Origin: Candidatus Aceula lacicola
Lineage (GTDB): Bacteria; Omnitrophota; Gorgyraeia; Zapsychrales; Aceulaceae
NCBI GenBank assembly: GCA_030765785.1
Contig: JAVCCC010000048.1
Coordinates: 872 to 64,871 of the forward strand
Direction: 5' to 3'
DNA: 64,000 nt
The position numbers and the translations under genes were made by a program. The notes under the pieces are model-generated. The model had not been told where the DNA came from and did no database searches. It worked only from the letters and a program-made list of their open reading frames with translations. Shown here piece after piece: positions 41,561 to 50,501 of the stretch (positions are counted from its first letter, which is position 1; each line of letters starts with the position of its first letter).

Positions 41561-42481
41561 ATGATTTCAATTATTTTTCCCGTATTTAATGAACAAGAAA
41601 ATTTAGAAGAGTTGTATCAGCGTGTTCTTGCTGTTGCTTCAAAAGTGGATGGACATGATTTTGAGCTTGTTTTTGTTGATGATTGCTCGTCAGATCAAAC
41701 GCCAGAGATTTTGCGAAGTTTGCATTCGAAAGATAAGCGCGTCAAAGTCATTCGATTTGCTCGCAATTGTGGCGGACATGCGGCATTGACCGCAGGTCTT
41801 TATTATTGCAAAGGTGATTGCGCAATTACTTTAGCTGCAGATTTGCAGGATCCCCCAGAGCTTATTTTGGATCTAGTTGCAAGCTGGAAAGATGGTGCCA
41901 AGATTGTTTGGGCAGCTCGATCCAAGCGAGAGGGAGAAAGCCTTTCTGTGAAGGTTTTTTCAAAGCTTTATTATGCTTTTATTAACTTATTGACGGATGT
42001 GAAGATGCCAAATCTGGGGGTTGATGTTTTTTTAGCTGATCGTGTTGTTGTCGAATCACTTAAAAGTATGCCAGAAAAGCACAGCTCTATTTACATGGCT
42101 TTAGCTTGGCTTGGATTTCCTCAAACGACAATTGAATATGTTAAGGTAGCAAGGACAAAAGGTGCCTCTAAATGGAGTTTAGGCAAAAAGATAAAGCTGA
42201 TGATTGATTCGATCTTGTCTTTCAGTCATGTCCTTATTCGATATATGAGCATCTTGGGACTTGCGACAGCATTTGTTGGATTTGTTTATGCTGCATGGGT
42301 TGTTGGTAAAGCAATCTTTTTTGGATTGGCGGTTGAAGGGTGGTCTTCTTTGATTGTGGCCATTCTGGTTGTTGGTGGTGTCCAGATGATGATGCTTGGT
42401 GTTTTAGGAGAGTATTTGTGGCGAACATTTGATGAATCAAGACGAAGACCACGTTTTGTTATTGAATACAAAATTGATTAA
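41561..42481 (+). CDS. GT2 polyprenyl-phosphate glycosyltransferase, ArnC/DPM1/GtrB-like, with two C-terminal TM helices.
   Basis: ISIIFPVFNEQENL, DDCSSD (DxD), C-terminal TM pair. Same architecture as ArnC. Confidence 0.7.
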   Translation: MISIIFPVFNEQENLEELYQRVLAVASKVDGHDFELVFVDDCSSDQTPEILRSLHSKDKRVKVIRFARNCGGHAALTAGLYYCKGDCAITLAADLQDPPELILDLVASWKDGAKIVWAARSKREGESLSVKVFSKLYYAFINLLTDVKMPNLGVDVFLADRVVVESLKSMPEKHSSIYMALAWLGFPQTTIEYVKVARTKGASKWSLGKKIKLMIDSILSFSHVLIRYMSILGLATAFVGFVYAAWVVGKAIFFGLAVEGWSSLIVAILVVGGVQMMMLGVLGEYLWRTFDESRRRPRFVIEYKID

Positions 42482-42487
42482 AATTTT

Positions 42488-44320
42488 ATGAAGCAAAAAC
42501 ATTTTATATTTTCAATAAGCGTTCTAGCGCTTATGATGATCTCGCTTGTTGTCAAGCATCTCAGTCCGTCTTTAATCGAACATCTTTATGCAAATAAGCA
42601 GCTGCTTGTCCTAAATCTTTTTTCAGGTAATTTTGATGTAACTGTGCAATCGCTTGATTTCTATTTAGGGCGATCACGGGAAGTTGTTTTTGGACCGCTG
42701 AGCATGGTTTTATCCGGAATAGCGCTTATTCTATTTTGCTTGCGATACTTAAAACAATTAAATTTCTGGAAATTTACCGCTACTTTTTTCATTTATTTTG
42801 TAATCACAAAGTTTGAAGTTTTATTTTTTCCTCCTTATGGGGATTCGGCAAGCGGTCCTGTCATTGAAGCGATTTGGCTTTTGCATAATAATTTCAACTA
42901 TGCAAAGCTGGCTGGAGAAGAGGTGTTTGTTCGCGGAGGACCAAAGGTTTATTTGTTCTCGCTCTACCCAACGTATTTGGCATTGTTGATGAAAATGATT
43001 CCTCATACCAAGACATTTTTGGCAGTTAATCATTTAATCATTTTTGGTCTAAGTGCTGTGATTTTTTCTTTTTTCCGCTCAATCGCACGCAAGATTTTTG
43101 ATGAGAAATTGTCCGTCCTGTTGTCTATTTTTCTTTTATCTTTGCCGTTAGTTCAGAGTCAGATTGAACAAATCAATATGGAGATTCCTGTTTTATTTTT
43201 TATTGTATTGTCACTTTATTTTTTGTCCGAAAAAAAGATTTTGCATGCATCTATTTTTTCTGGTTTAGCCGTTTTCACTAAGCTTTATGCTGCGTATATG
43301 GGTGGGGCTGTGTTCTTTGTTGGGTTGTATTTATTTTTCTTTGGACAAGAACAGAAGAAAGATTTTAAGGTTCTTGGATCGAGCATTCTTTCTATATTCT
43401 TTGTGATCACAGGAGCCTTGTGCCTTTTTCTTTTTATGGATCTTGGCGGGAAGATTGATAAGGTAGGTGCGTTTCAGGGGTTTGCTCTGATGAAAACATT
43501 TCCGATTAGTTATTTTTATTTTTTAAGTTTAGTCGCATTTATTGCTTTTGCGTTTCGTGTTTTAAGGGAGCAAGGGAGGAACTCTTTCGACAATGTTGTC
43601 AATTTCTTAAACGATCATTACAGAGTAGTGGTTTTGTTTGTTTGTTCGACAGGATGGTTTGTTTTGTTCTTAAACTCTGGGTGGATCCCTCCACGGTATA
43701 CATTTATTTTGTTGCCGTCATTGATTTTAGGAATTTTTTACGTAATTCATATTCTCATCAGGAATAAAGAAATTGTGGCGCACGGAGTTATGGGTTTGAT
43801 TCTCGTCGAATTTTTGTGTTCATACGGTCTTGCATATACTCCTGTGACGATTCAAGATCATGCCATTGTGGAAAGAAGCCTTGAATATCGTAACGATGTT
43901 ATGTTGCATATGGAGCTCGCTCGTCTTGTTGAGCAAAAATATTCGAATTTAATCGTGGCAGCGCCTTTTACGTTTGCGCAAGCGTTGGCTTTTCCTGAAA
44001 TGGGTTTCACGCGAAAGAAATTAGATGTCATGATTTATTTGTTTCCCTGCACCTATGAGGGCATTAGGCATTTTGAAGGACTCGAGAACGTAAATCCAAG
44101 AGATGTTGTTTGGGTCGGAGTTAAAACGCCTTTTATGAAAATTGAATATCTCCCCAACGGGCCACATGACCTTGTCATTGAAGAATTGCAAGTTGGTAAT
44201 AAAAGTGCGAATTTATTTATTGGCGGGTTTTCTGTAAACGCTCTATATCATTATGGGCAGTCTTTGGTTAAGCAACTTGAGGCGCAAGGTATTAAGAAAT
44301 TAGAGCTTAAAGCCTACTAA
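42488..44320 (+). CDS. Large polytopic membrane protein, 610 aa, possible GT-C-fold glycosyltransferase.
   Basis: At least 12 predicted TM helices with a C-terminal soluble domain of about 150 aa. Context next to the ArnC-like GT2. Confidence 0.35.
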   Translation: MKQKHFIFSISVLALMMISLVVKHLSPSLIEHLYANKQLLVLNLFSGNFDVTVQSLDFYLGRSREVVFGPLSMVLSGIALILFCLRYLKQLNFWKFTATFFIYFVITKFEVLFFPPYGDSASGPVIEAIWLLHNNFNYAKLAGEEVFVRGGPKVYLFSLYPTYLALLMKMIPHTKTFLAVNHLIIFGLSAVIFSFFRSIARKIFDEKLSVLLSIFLLSLPLVQSQIEQINMEIPVLFFIVLSLYFLSEKKILHASIFSGLAVFTKLYAAYMGGAVFFVGLYLFFFGQEQKKDFKVLGSSILSIFFVITGALCLFLFMDLGGKIDKVGAFQGFALMKTFPISYFYFLSLVAFIAFAFRVLREQGRNSFDNVVNFLNDHYRVVVLFVCSTGWFVLFLNSGWIPPRYTFILLPSLILGIFYVIHILIRNKEIVAHGVMGLILVEFLCSYGLAYTPVTIQDHAIVERSLEYRNDVMLHMELARLVEQKYSNLIVAAPFTFAQALAFPEMGFTRKKLDVMIYLFPCTYEGIRHFEGLENVNPRDVVWVGVKTPFMKIEYLPNGPHDLVIEELQVGNKSANLFIGGFSVNALYHYGQSLVKQLEAQGIKKLELKAY

Positions 44321-45672
44321 GAGTCCTCACTCCAGAACGAATAAAAACTAAAAAAGACAATAGTCGGAAGAAGATAGAAGGCAATGCGACTTGCCGTGCA
44401 TTCTAGGCGCCAGGTAAGGTCGAAGTGTGCGGTTGTCAGGTAGACATATAATAAGGTGATAAAGAAGAGAGCGAAGAATGTCAGGAATATTTTGTTTTCA
44501 TTTCGAATGAGGTTTTTAGGTCTAAAGATTCCAAGAAGGACAACGAGCACCCATATAAAATTCCATCCTCGATTCAAAAGTTCTGTTTTATAAAACCCTA
44601 CAGTGGTAAGAAATCCCTTGATGTTACAGAATTCCAGCTCTTTTGTTAATGGATTAAATAAAACTTCTCTTGTCGGTGGCGCTAAGAATATTTTGAAAAT
44701 AAGAGTCGCCGCTCCTGTCATTGCGATGCCTATAAATAAGAATTTAATGATAGAGATTGCATTTGCACGATTTAAATCTTTATTTAAAAGAAGGTAGGCG
44801 GATGTAAGCCCTGATAGAAAGACGAGCATAACGATGCCTTCATTCTTTGCAAACGGCATAAACCCTAAGAAAAGCCCGGCGAGAAAAGCAATCCGATGAT
44901 TTTTTGTTCTAAGCATTGTTATAAGTAAAATGACACTTGAAAGAAGAAAATAGGATAAAATAACATCGGCATACTGTGTTGTGCTCCAGAAAATATAAGA
45001 CGGTGTTGACATAAGAAGAATGGAAGCAAGAAAGGCGATCCATTTTTTTATGAATTGAGACAATCCTGCATAAAGAAGAAGTCCGCAGGAAACTGAAAAT
45101 ATAATAGATGTCATTGATGCCGCAGCAATCATCCCTCTTTGAAATACCGAAAAAATCCATGTATTAATAAGAGGTAGAAGAATGGGGTAGCTTGGTTGCG
45201 TGTGCCAGTGAACCTTTGCGAAGTCTTTCCAGCGCTCTGCACCAAAAATAAGAAATTTTGCTTTCATGTTGTAAAGGCCCCACGCATCCCATCCTCCGAA
45301 AGGATATTGCTTTGATAAAATAGCGATAATAATAATAACGATACTCCAGCAGATGCCGCAGGTGACATAAAATTTGATATTGCTTTTTTGTTCAAGAAGA
45401 CTTTTGTCGTTATTGTCTGATGGAAAATAAAAGATATTGGCAATAAATAAGCCTAGCAATACGGTAAAATTGATTCCAAGGATAGCCGCTTGATTAAATT
45501 GGCCAAAAACAAAAAGGGAATAAAATGTCAACGTCGCAGACACGCCAATTCCAAGCCCAATAGAAAGGCAGAGTATGAGCGTCGTTGGAAGAGGTGGCTG
45601 ATCTTTTAAAATAATACGAATGATAAAGAACCCAATGAAAAGCGATATAAGGTAGGTTAAAAGATCAATCAT
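44317..45672 (-). CDS. Polytopic membrane protein resembling ArnT/PMT-type GT-C glycosyltransferases (GT39/GT83-like).
   Basis: 451 aa. About 11-12 TM helices and a short first-loop region rich in aromatic/acidic residues. Forms a minus-strand operon with 45665..46090 and 46374..48026. Confidence 0.4.
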   Translation of the reverse strand: MIDLLTYLISLFIGFFIIRIILKDQPPLPTTLILCLSIGLGIGVSATLTFYSLFVFGQFNQAAILGINFTVLLGLFIANIFYFPSDNNDKSLLEQKSNIKFYVTCGICWSIVIIIIAILSKQYPFGGWDAWGLYNMKAKFLIFGAERWKDFAKVHWHTQPSYPILLPLINTWIFSVFQRGMIAAASMTSIIFSVSCGLLLYAGLSQFIKKWIAFLASILLMSTPSYIFWSTTQYADVILSYFLLSSVILLITMLRTKNHRIAFLAGLFLGFMPFAKNEGIVMLVFLSGLTSAYLLLNKDLNRANAISIIKFLFIGIAMTGAATLIFKIFLAPPTREVLFNPLTKELEFCNIKGFLTTVGFYKTELLNRGWNFIWVLVVLLGIFRPKNLIRNENKIFLTFFALFFITLLYVYLTTAHFDLTWRLECTASRIAFYLLPTIVFFSFYSFWSEDS

Positions 45673-46090
45673 TATAGCGCTCCGAGATTATTTTTCCAAA
45701 AGGATTGATATAGGTAGGTTTCGCGCGAATAATAGATAAAATTGCTTTTGCAGAATCTGGAGTCGGTGCATTGATTATATTTATCTTATGGCCTGGATTG
45801 CTAAGATCAAGCAAAACAGGGGCAAGCATGTATTGGGCCATCATGAATTGTCCGTCGTTATCCTCGGGTGTCGGAGTTATATCGCTTAAGAACCCAACAG
45901 CAGTTTCGTCTTTCAACTTGTCCTTAAGGTCAAAGTATTGAAAACCAGGCTCAGTTGATCTGTTTCCAATCGTTGTGATTTGCGCCATGATGCTGACAAA
46001 GTTGACCGCAAGATTAATCGCAATCAGCAGAATAATAATTCCGATAATAAAGCTGGTTAAATATGATATTTTTTTATTTTTTATTTTCAT
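45665..46090 (-). CDS. Small membrane-anchored periplasmic protein (hypothetical).
   Basis: 141 aa with an N-terminal signal-anchor (FIIGIIILLIAINLAV). Overlaps the downstream gene by 8 bp. Confidence 0.35.
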   Translation of the reverse strand: MKIKNKKISYLTSFIIGIIILLIAINLAVNFVSIMAQITTIGNRSTEPGFQYFDLKDKLKDETAVGFLSDITPTPEDNDGQFMMAQYMLAPVLLDLSNPGHKINIINAPTPDSAKAILSIIRAKPTYINPFGKIISERYND

Positions 46091-46373
46091 GTTTTTAATA
46101 TTTGTTGAAAAACATTATAGCCTAAAAAGAACGCAAACACAATTTTTACGAGTAATTTAGAATAAAGATGGTAATTTGAAATATTTTCTCAAGAAGCAAC
46201 TTAACCTAAACAATCTGGATGTCAGTTGGCCATTTTTTTTAAAGATGGAGGTTCTAGATAAAGATTAACGCTAATAGCGTTGAAACAGTAAACGCTTTGC
46301 CTGTGAAAGCGATGGAACTTATGCCATTTGTTGTAATATATTCTTTGCAAAGCTGTAAAATCAGAAATATATT

Positions 46374-48026
46374 TTATGATAAAAGTTTTAATAAACGTTT
46401 TGGGAGAGAAATATTTCTTTTCTTTAATTCATTCAGATATTTTTCTGTTTCTCGTGATTTTCCTTCTCTTGAATAATCATAGAGAAAAAGCAAATATGCT
46501 CCGAGATTATCGGGATTAATTTCTAAGGCCTTATTTAAGAAAATTCTTGCTTCTTTTTTTCGATTTTGTCGATATCGTAACAGTGCAAAGCTTACATAAA
46601 TATCATCACCGGAAGGGTTGTATTTTACTTCTAAAAGGAATTCTCTTTCCGCTTTTTTAAGGTCACCTTCTTGAGCGTAAAGGTTTCCAAGGTTTTTATG
46701 AATTCTAATAAGTCTCGGATAAAGTGATAGAGCATAGAAATAACTTTTTTTTGCAGCCTCTTTAAATCCCATCATTTCGTACGTTCTGCCTAAATTGGCA
46801 TGAGCCGTTGGTAAGCTTGGCGAGCCTTGGACCGCCGCGTGCCAAAAATTCCAACTATTTTTAAGGATATTGCTATATTGAAAGGTTGTTCCGAAAAGCA
46901 AACTTATAGTAATAACAGTAAAAATAAAAAGTTTTTTTGGCTGTTGCACAAGTTTTTTTACAAGATTTGTTTCCATTAAAACAATTAGAAACCCGATTAA
47001 AGGAATATACATTCTATATTCATAAAAAGTAAGGCTAATGGCTAAGCCTGGTAAGAGGAACAATAAAAACCATAAAATTCCAAAAATGATATGCTTGATC
47101 CTTTTAGTTGGCGTTGCCCAGATAAGAAATCCGACAAAGAAAAAAACAATAATTCCAAAAATTAAAGAAGTGTTTTCGACAATCGGTGTTGGACAAAGGT
47201 TAAATGGTAAAATTGTTTTACCGAGATGAATTAGAAGGCTGGGCAAATTATGAAAAACAGATTTTAAAATAAGAAAAAGAGGCACTTCGGGAGATTGTGA
47301 AAGAACAGCGAAGCGTATAAGAAGCCAAGCACTAATAATCGATAGCCACGACAGCGGCAACCAAAGCTTTTGAATAAAAATCTTTTGTTTACAATATAAA
47401 AGGTAGGCGCAGAGCATCATTGCAATTGGGATAACGATGGCTGTTTCTTTTGTAAAAAGAGCAAAGATAAAAAAGAGTAAATGTCCAAAAAAATACCTTT
47501 TCTTGTCTGTTTCTAGAAAATACAAGAAATAAATGAAAGAAACTAAAACAAAAAAAGCAAAGAGAGTTTCTGTTCTGCCAGGAATCCACCCAACAGCAAG
47601 CGTCATCAAAGGGTGAACCGTAAAGATTAAAGAAAAACTAAGGGCAAGGGCTTTGTCGTATTTTAAGCGTTGAAATAAAAAGAAAACCAAACAGCAATTA
47701 ATCGCGTGCAAATTTAAATTTGTAAGCCGATAGCCCCAAAGTGAAGCTTTGTAAATAATGGTGTCGCTCATAAAGGAGAGCGTTAGAATAGGGCGATATA
47801 AAAAATCAGTTACAAAATCTGGTCTGAAGAAAGCTTCCAAAGCTCTTGACCAATCTTTTAAGAACCAGTGATACCGTATTAGCCAGACTTCATCATCAAA
47901 ATGTGTTAGATCAAAGAAGAGAGTTTTAAAAAATAAAAGAAATACGACAAAAACGATCCACCCATAAGGATGCCATGAAGAAAGAAAAATATTTGAAATG
48001 TTGAGAGATTTGTTTTCTTTTTTCAT
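46374..48026 (-). CDS. Multi-TM N-terminal domain fused to C-terminal TPR repeats. Architecture like TMTC/PMT_2-family O-glycosyltransferases.
   Basis: About 400 aa of hydrophobic helices followed by at least 3 TPR units (AHANLGRTYEMMGFKEAAKKSYFYALSLYP, IHKNLGNLYAQEGDLKKAEREF...). Confidence 0.5.
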   Translation of the reverse strand: MKKENKSLNISNIFLSSWHPYGWIVFVVFLLFFKTLFFDLTHFDDEVWLIRYHWFLKDWSRALEAFFRPDFVTDFLYRPILTLSFMSDTIIYKASLWGYRLTNLNLHAINCCLVFFLFQRLKYDKALALSFSLIFTVHPLMTLAVGWIPGRTETLFAFFVLVSFIYFLYFLETDKKRYFFGHLLFFIFALFTKETAIVIPIAMMLCAYLLYCKQKIFIQKLWLPLSWLSIISAWLLIRFAVLSQSPEVPLFLILKSVFHNLPSLLIHLGKTILPFNLCPTPIVENTSLIFGIIVFFFVGFLIWATPTKRIKHIIFGILWFLLFLLPGLAISLTFYEYRMYIPLIGFLIVLMETNLVKKLVQQPKKLFIFTVITISLLFGTTFQYSNILKNSWNFWHAAVQGSPSLPTAHANLGRTYEMMGFKEAAKKSYFYALSLYPRLIRIHKNLGNLYAQEGDLKKAEREFLLEVKYNPSGDDIYVSFALLRYRQNRKKEARIFLNKALEINPDNLGAYLLFLYDYSREGKSRETEKYLNELKKRNISLPKRLLKLLS

Positions 48027-48032
48027 AGATTA

Positions 48033-48107
48033 AGATGGGAGAGAGGCTTGAACCCTCGACTTTCTGTTCTTAAAGTAGATGTATTGCCTAAGCTACGCTG
48101 CTCTCCG
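48033..48107 (-). other. tRNA-like fragment. A good T-arm (GAGGG-UUCAAGC-CUCUC) and a 6-bp acceptor-like stem (GGAGAG/CUCUCC), but no complete cloverleaf could be folded. Possible tRNA remnant or other structured RNA.
   Basis: Reverse complement of 48033-48107 reads ...ggagagcagcgtagcttaggcaatacatctactttaagaacagaaagtcgagggttcaagcctctctccc. GTTCAAG T-loop consensus present. Confidence 0.3.
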
Positions 48108-48738
48108 AATTATTAATTTTTATTATTATTTATCTGCAGTATCTGCAGTTAAATTTTTGATAGATAGATGCTAAAACCTTGGGCGCAATCTGTTCCGTGA
48201 GTCGAGGGACATTATATCACGAGAGTTCCAAAATCGCAATTCGAGTTTCTTAGAGGCGATATGTGCTTTAAAGCGCATGCTTTTAGTCTATTTAATTTTA
48301 AAGAAATTAAATAAAAAATTATTCTAAAGCTATAAGATTCTTAGATTGGATTTAGAAGAATGCCCTAGCTTTTTTGATAATTTTTATTAAAAAGGATTTT
48401 TGAGAATTTATTTGCAAATATATTTGTATCGTTAATGTTACTGGCGTTCGTTTTGTAAAACAGGCGTAGGACGAAGCCGATTTTTAGCGCTAATAGCAGG
48501 GACAGCTTCACTCTTTACACGACACGATAATTTTGGTATAAATAGTAACTATTTTTAAGGTCATGAATTGATATGATTTGCGCCTGGCCGACATTTTTTA
48601 TAGAGAGCGAGGAAGTCGGCACGTGCGCAATTCATCTATGCATGAATTAAGGAATTTGCGCCTGCCTGATTTTTGTAGGTTTTTAATAAAGGCAATCAGT
48701 GCGTGTGCATTTCCGCTATATAAAAATTTAAAGTTATT

Positions 48739-48812
48739 GCGCCTGTAGCTCAGCTGGATAGAGCACTAGTCTTCGGAACTAGGTGCCGGAGGTTCGAATC
48801 CTCCCAGGCGCG
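48739..48812 (+). tRNA. tRNA-Arg, anticodon UCG. No CCA is encoded.
   Basis: Manual cloverleaf. Acceptor gcgcctg/caggcgc. D-arm gctc-agctggata-gagc. Anticodon stem ctagt/actag with loop ctTCGga. T-arm ggagg-ttcgaat-cctcc. Discriminator G, followed by a T-run. Confidence 0.8.
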
Positions 48813-48860
48813 CTTTTTTATTCACTTACCTTATAGCTTTTTTCAAAAAAGGCGAATAGA

Positions 48861-48889
48861 AAACCCCTTCAAGAGGGGTTTTATTTTTT
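48861..48889 (+). terminator. Rho-independent terminator downstream of tRNA-Arg.
   Basis: aaaacccct-tcaag-aggggtttt hairpin followed by tattttttg. Confidence 0.55.
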
Positions 48890-48990
48890 GATATCTTTTT
48901 CCTCCAAAAAGAATAGTGAAATCATCTTTACAAAGACATCTTATTTTTATATGATGGGTTTATTAATTTAAACCTTTAATATCGACATAG

Positions 48991-50085
48991 ATGCAATCTT
49001 CTCTACAAAAAACACCTTTATACAAATTTCATTGTGAGCTAAATGCGCGCATGGTTGATTTTGGCGGATGGCTTATGCCTGTTCAATATGATGGCATTCT
49101 TTCTGAATATCATCAATGTCGAGAAAGCTGTGCACTTTTTGATATTTCTCATATGGGAGAATTTATTTTTGAGGGTGATCTTAAGCAGGATGGATTGGAC
49201 AAGATTTTAACATGTGAGACTTCAGGCATGTCCTTAGGCTCGTCTCGTTACGGGTTGATGCTTAATGAAAAGGGAGGCGTGATTGATGATTTGATTATTT
49301 TTTGTATTTCAGAAAAAAAATTTATGATCGTGGTTAATGCCTCGAATATTGAAAAGGATTTTGAGCATCTTAGAAACAATCTCTCAGACTCTTCTTTAAT
49401 AACAGATGTTTCTAGTAAAACGGCAAAGCTTGATTTGCAAGGCCCATTGTCTAGGGATGTTTTAAAAAAGATTGTTTTAGGCACAGAGGATCTGGAATAT
49501 TTTCGTTTTGATTCTTTCGATATTTTGGGAGAAGAGGGCATTGTAAGTCGAACAGGATACACAGGTGAGTTAGGATATGAAATTTTTTGTTCACCTAAGA
49601 AGGCAGAAGTTTTATGGCAAAAATTTCTAGACGACGATCGAGTAAAACCAGCGGGTTTGGGATCGCGAGATATTTTGCGAACAGAGATGGCCTATAGTCT
49701 TTATGGGAATGAGATAACAGAAGACACCTCTCCTTTAGAAGCGGGCTTAAGCCGTTTCATTTGTTTTGATAAGGAGTTTATTGGTAGAAATATTCTTTTG
49801 CAGCAAAAAGAAAATGGGATTAAAAGAAAGATTGTTTATTTTTTATCAGATAGTCGTCGCTCTCCTCGCCATGGACAAAGTCTTTATGCAAGTGATTCAA
49901 AAGAAATAGGCATTGTGACAAGTGGTATTTTCTCGCCGAGCATAGAAAAAGGAATTGGAATTGGATTAATTAATATTGACAGCGCATCAGATGGGGATAA
50001 AATATTTTTTGGAGATGAAAAGAACAAGATGCCTGCGATATTTACAAAAAGACCTTTTTATAAAAAAGGTTCTTTGAAAACTTAA
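48991..50085 (+). CDS. gcvT: Glycine cleavage system aminomethyltransferase (T protein).
   Basis: 364 aa. GcvT N-terminus (LYKFHCELNARMVDFGGWLMPVQY) and the GYTGELGYEIF motif. Confidence 0.85.
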   Translation: MQSSLQKTPLYKFHCELNARMVDFGGWLMPVQYDGILSEYHQCRESCALFDISHMGEFIFEGDLKQDGLDKILTCETSGMSLGSSRYGLMLNEKGGVIDDLIIFCISEKKFMIVVNASNIEKDFEHLRNNLSDSSLITDVSSKTAKLDLQGPLSRDVLKKIVLGTEDLEYFRFDSFDILGEEGIVSRTGYTGELGYEIFCSPKKAEVLWQKFLDDDRVKPAGLGSRDILRTEMAYSLYGNEITEDTSPLEAGLSRFICFDKEFIGRNILLQQKENGIKRKIVYFLSDSRRSPRHGQSLYASDSKEIGIVTSGIFSPSIEKGIGIGLINIDSASDGDKIFFGDEKNKMPAIFTKRPFYKKGSLKT

Positions 50086-50111
50086 AAGATTATTTTAAAA
50101 GGAGTTGTATT

Positions 50112-50501
50112 ATGGGAAACGAAGAAGAATATTTGTATACAAAAGATCACGAATGGGTGTGTTTCGAAGATTCAATCGCATTTGTTGGTGTTGCTGATTA
50201 TGCGCAGAATGCTTTAGGAGATATTACATTCATCGAGTTTCCAGAGATCGGAGCGGAAGTTGAGCAGTTTGAACAGTTCGCTTCGGTTGAATCGGTTAAG
50301 GCTGCAAGCGATATTTTTTCTCCCATTTCAGGAAAAATTATTGAGGCGAATCAAGACTTGGCGTCAGCACCAGAGCTGATTAACAAATCTTGTTATGAAA
50401 AAGGGTGGATTTCAAAAATTGACCCATCTGATCTTGATGAAAAAGATAACCTGATGACATTCGAAGATTACAGTAAGTTTTTAGAAGGGCTAGATACTTG
50501 A
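50112..50501 (+). CDS. gcvH: Glycine cleavage system H protein.
   Basis: 129 aa. Lipoyl-lysine motif ESVKAASD. YTKDHEW start. Confidence 0.85.
   Translation: MGNEEEYLYTKDHEWVCFEDSIAFVGVADYAQNALGDITFIEFPEIGAEVEQFEQFASVESVKAASDIFSPISGKIIEANQDLASAPELINKSCYEKGWISKIDPSDLDEKDNLMTFEDYSKFLEGLDT

Noticed and set aside
48033-48107. Complete minus-strand tRNA gene
   Set aside because: T-arm and part of the acceptor stem are present, but position 8 is not U, no D-arm or anticodon arm can be paired, and the acceptor 3' strand is out of register with the T-stem. It is kept only as a tRNA-like fragment.
48890-48990. Glycine riboswitch expected upstream of gcvT
   Set aside because: The roughly 100-nt AT-rich leader contains none of the conserved glycine-aptamer elements and is too short for even a single aptamer plus expression platform.
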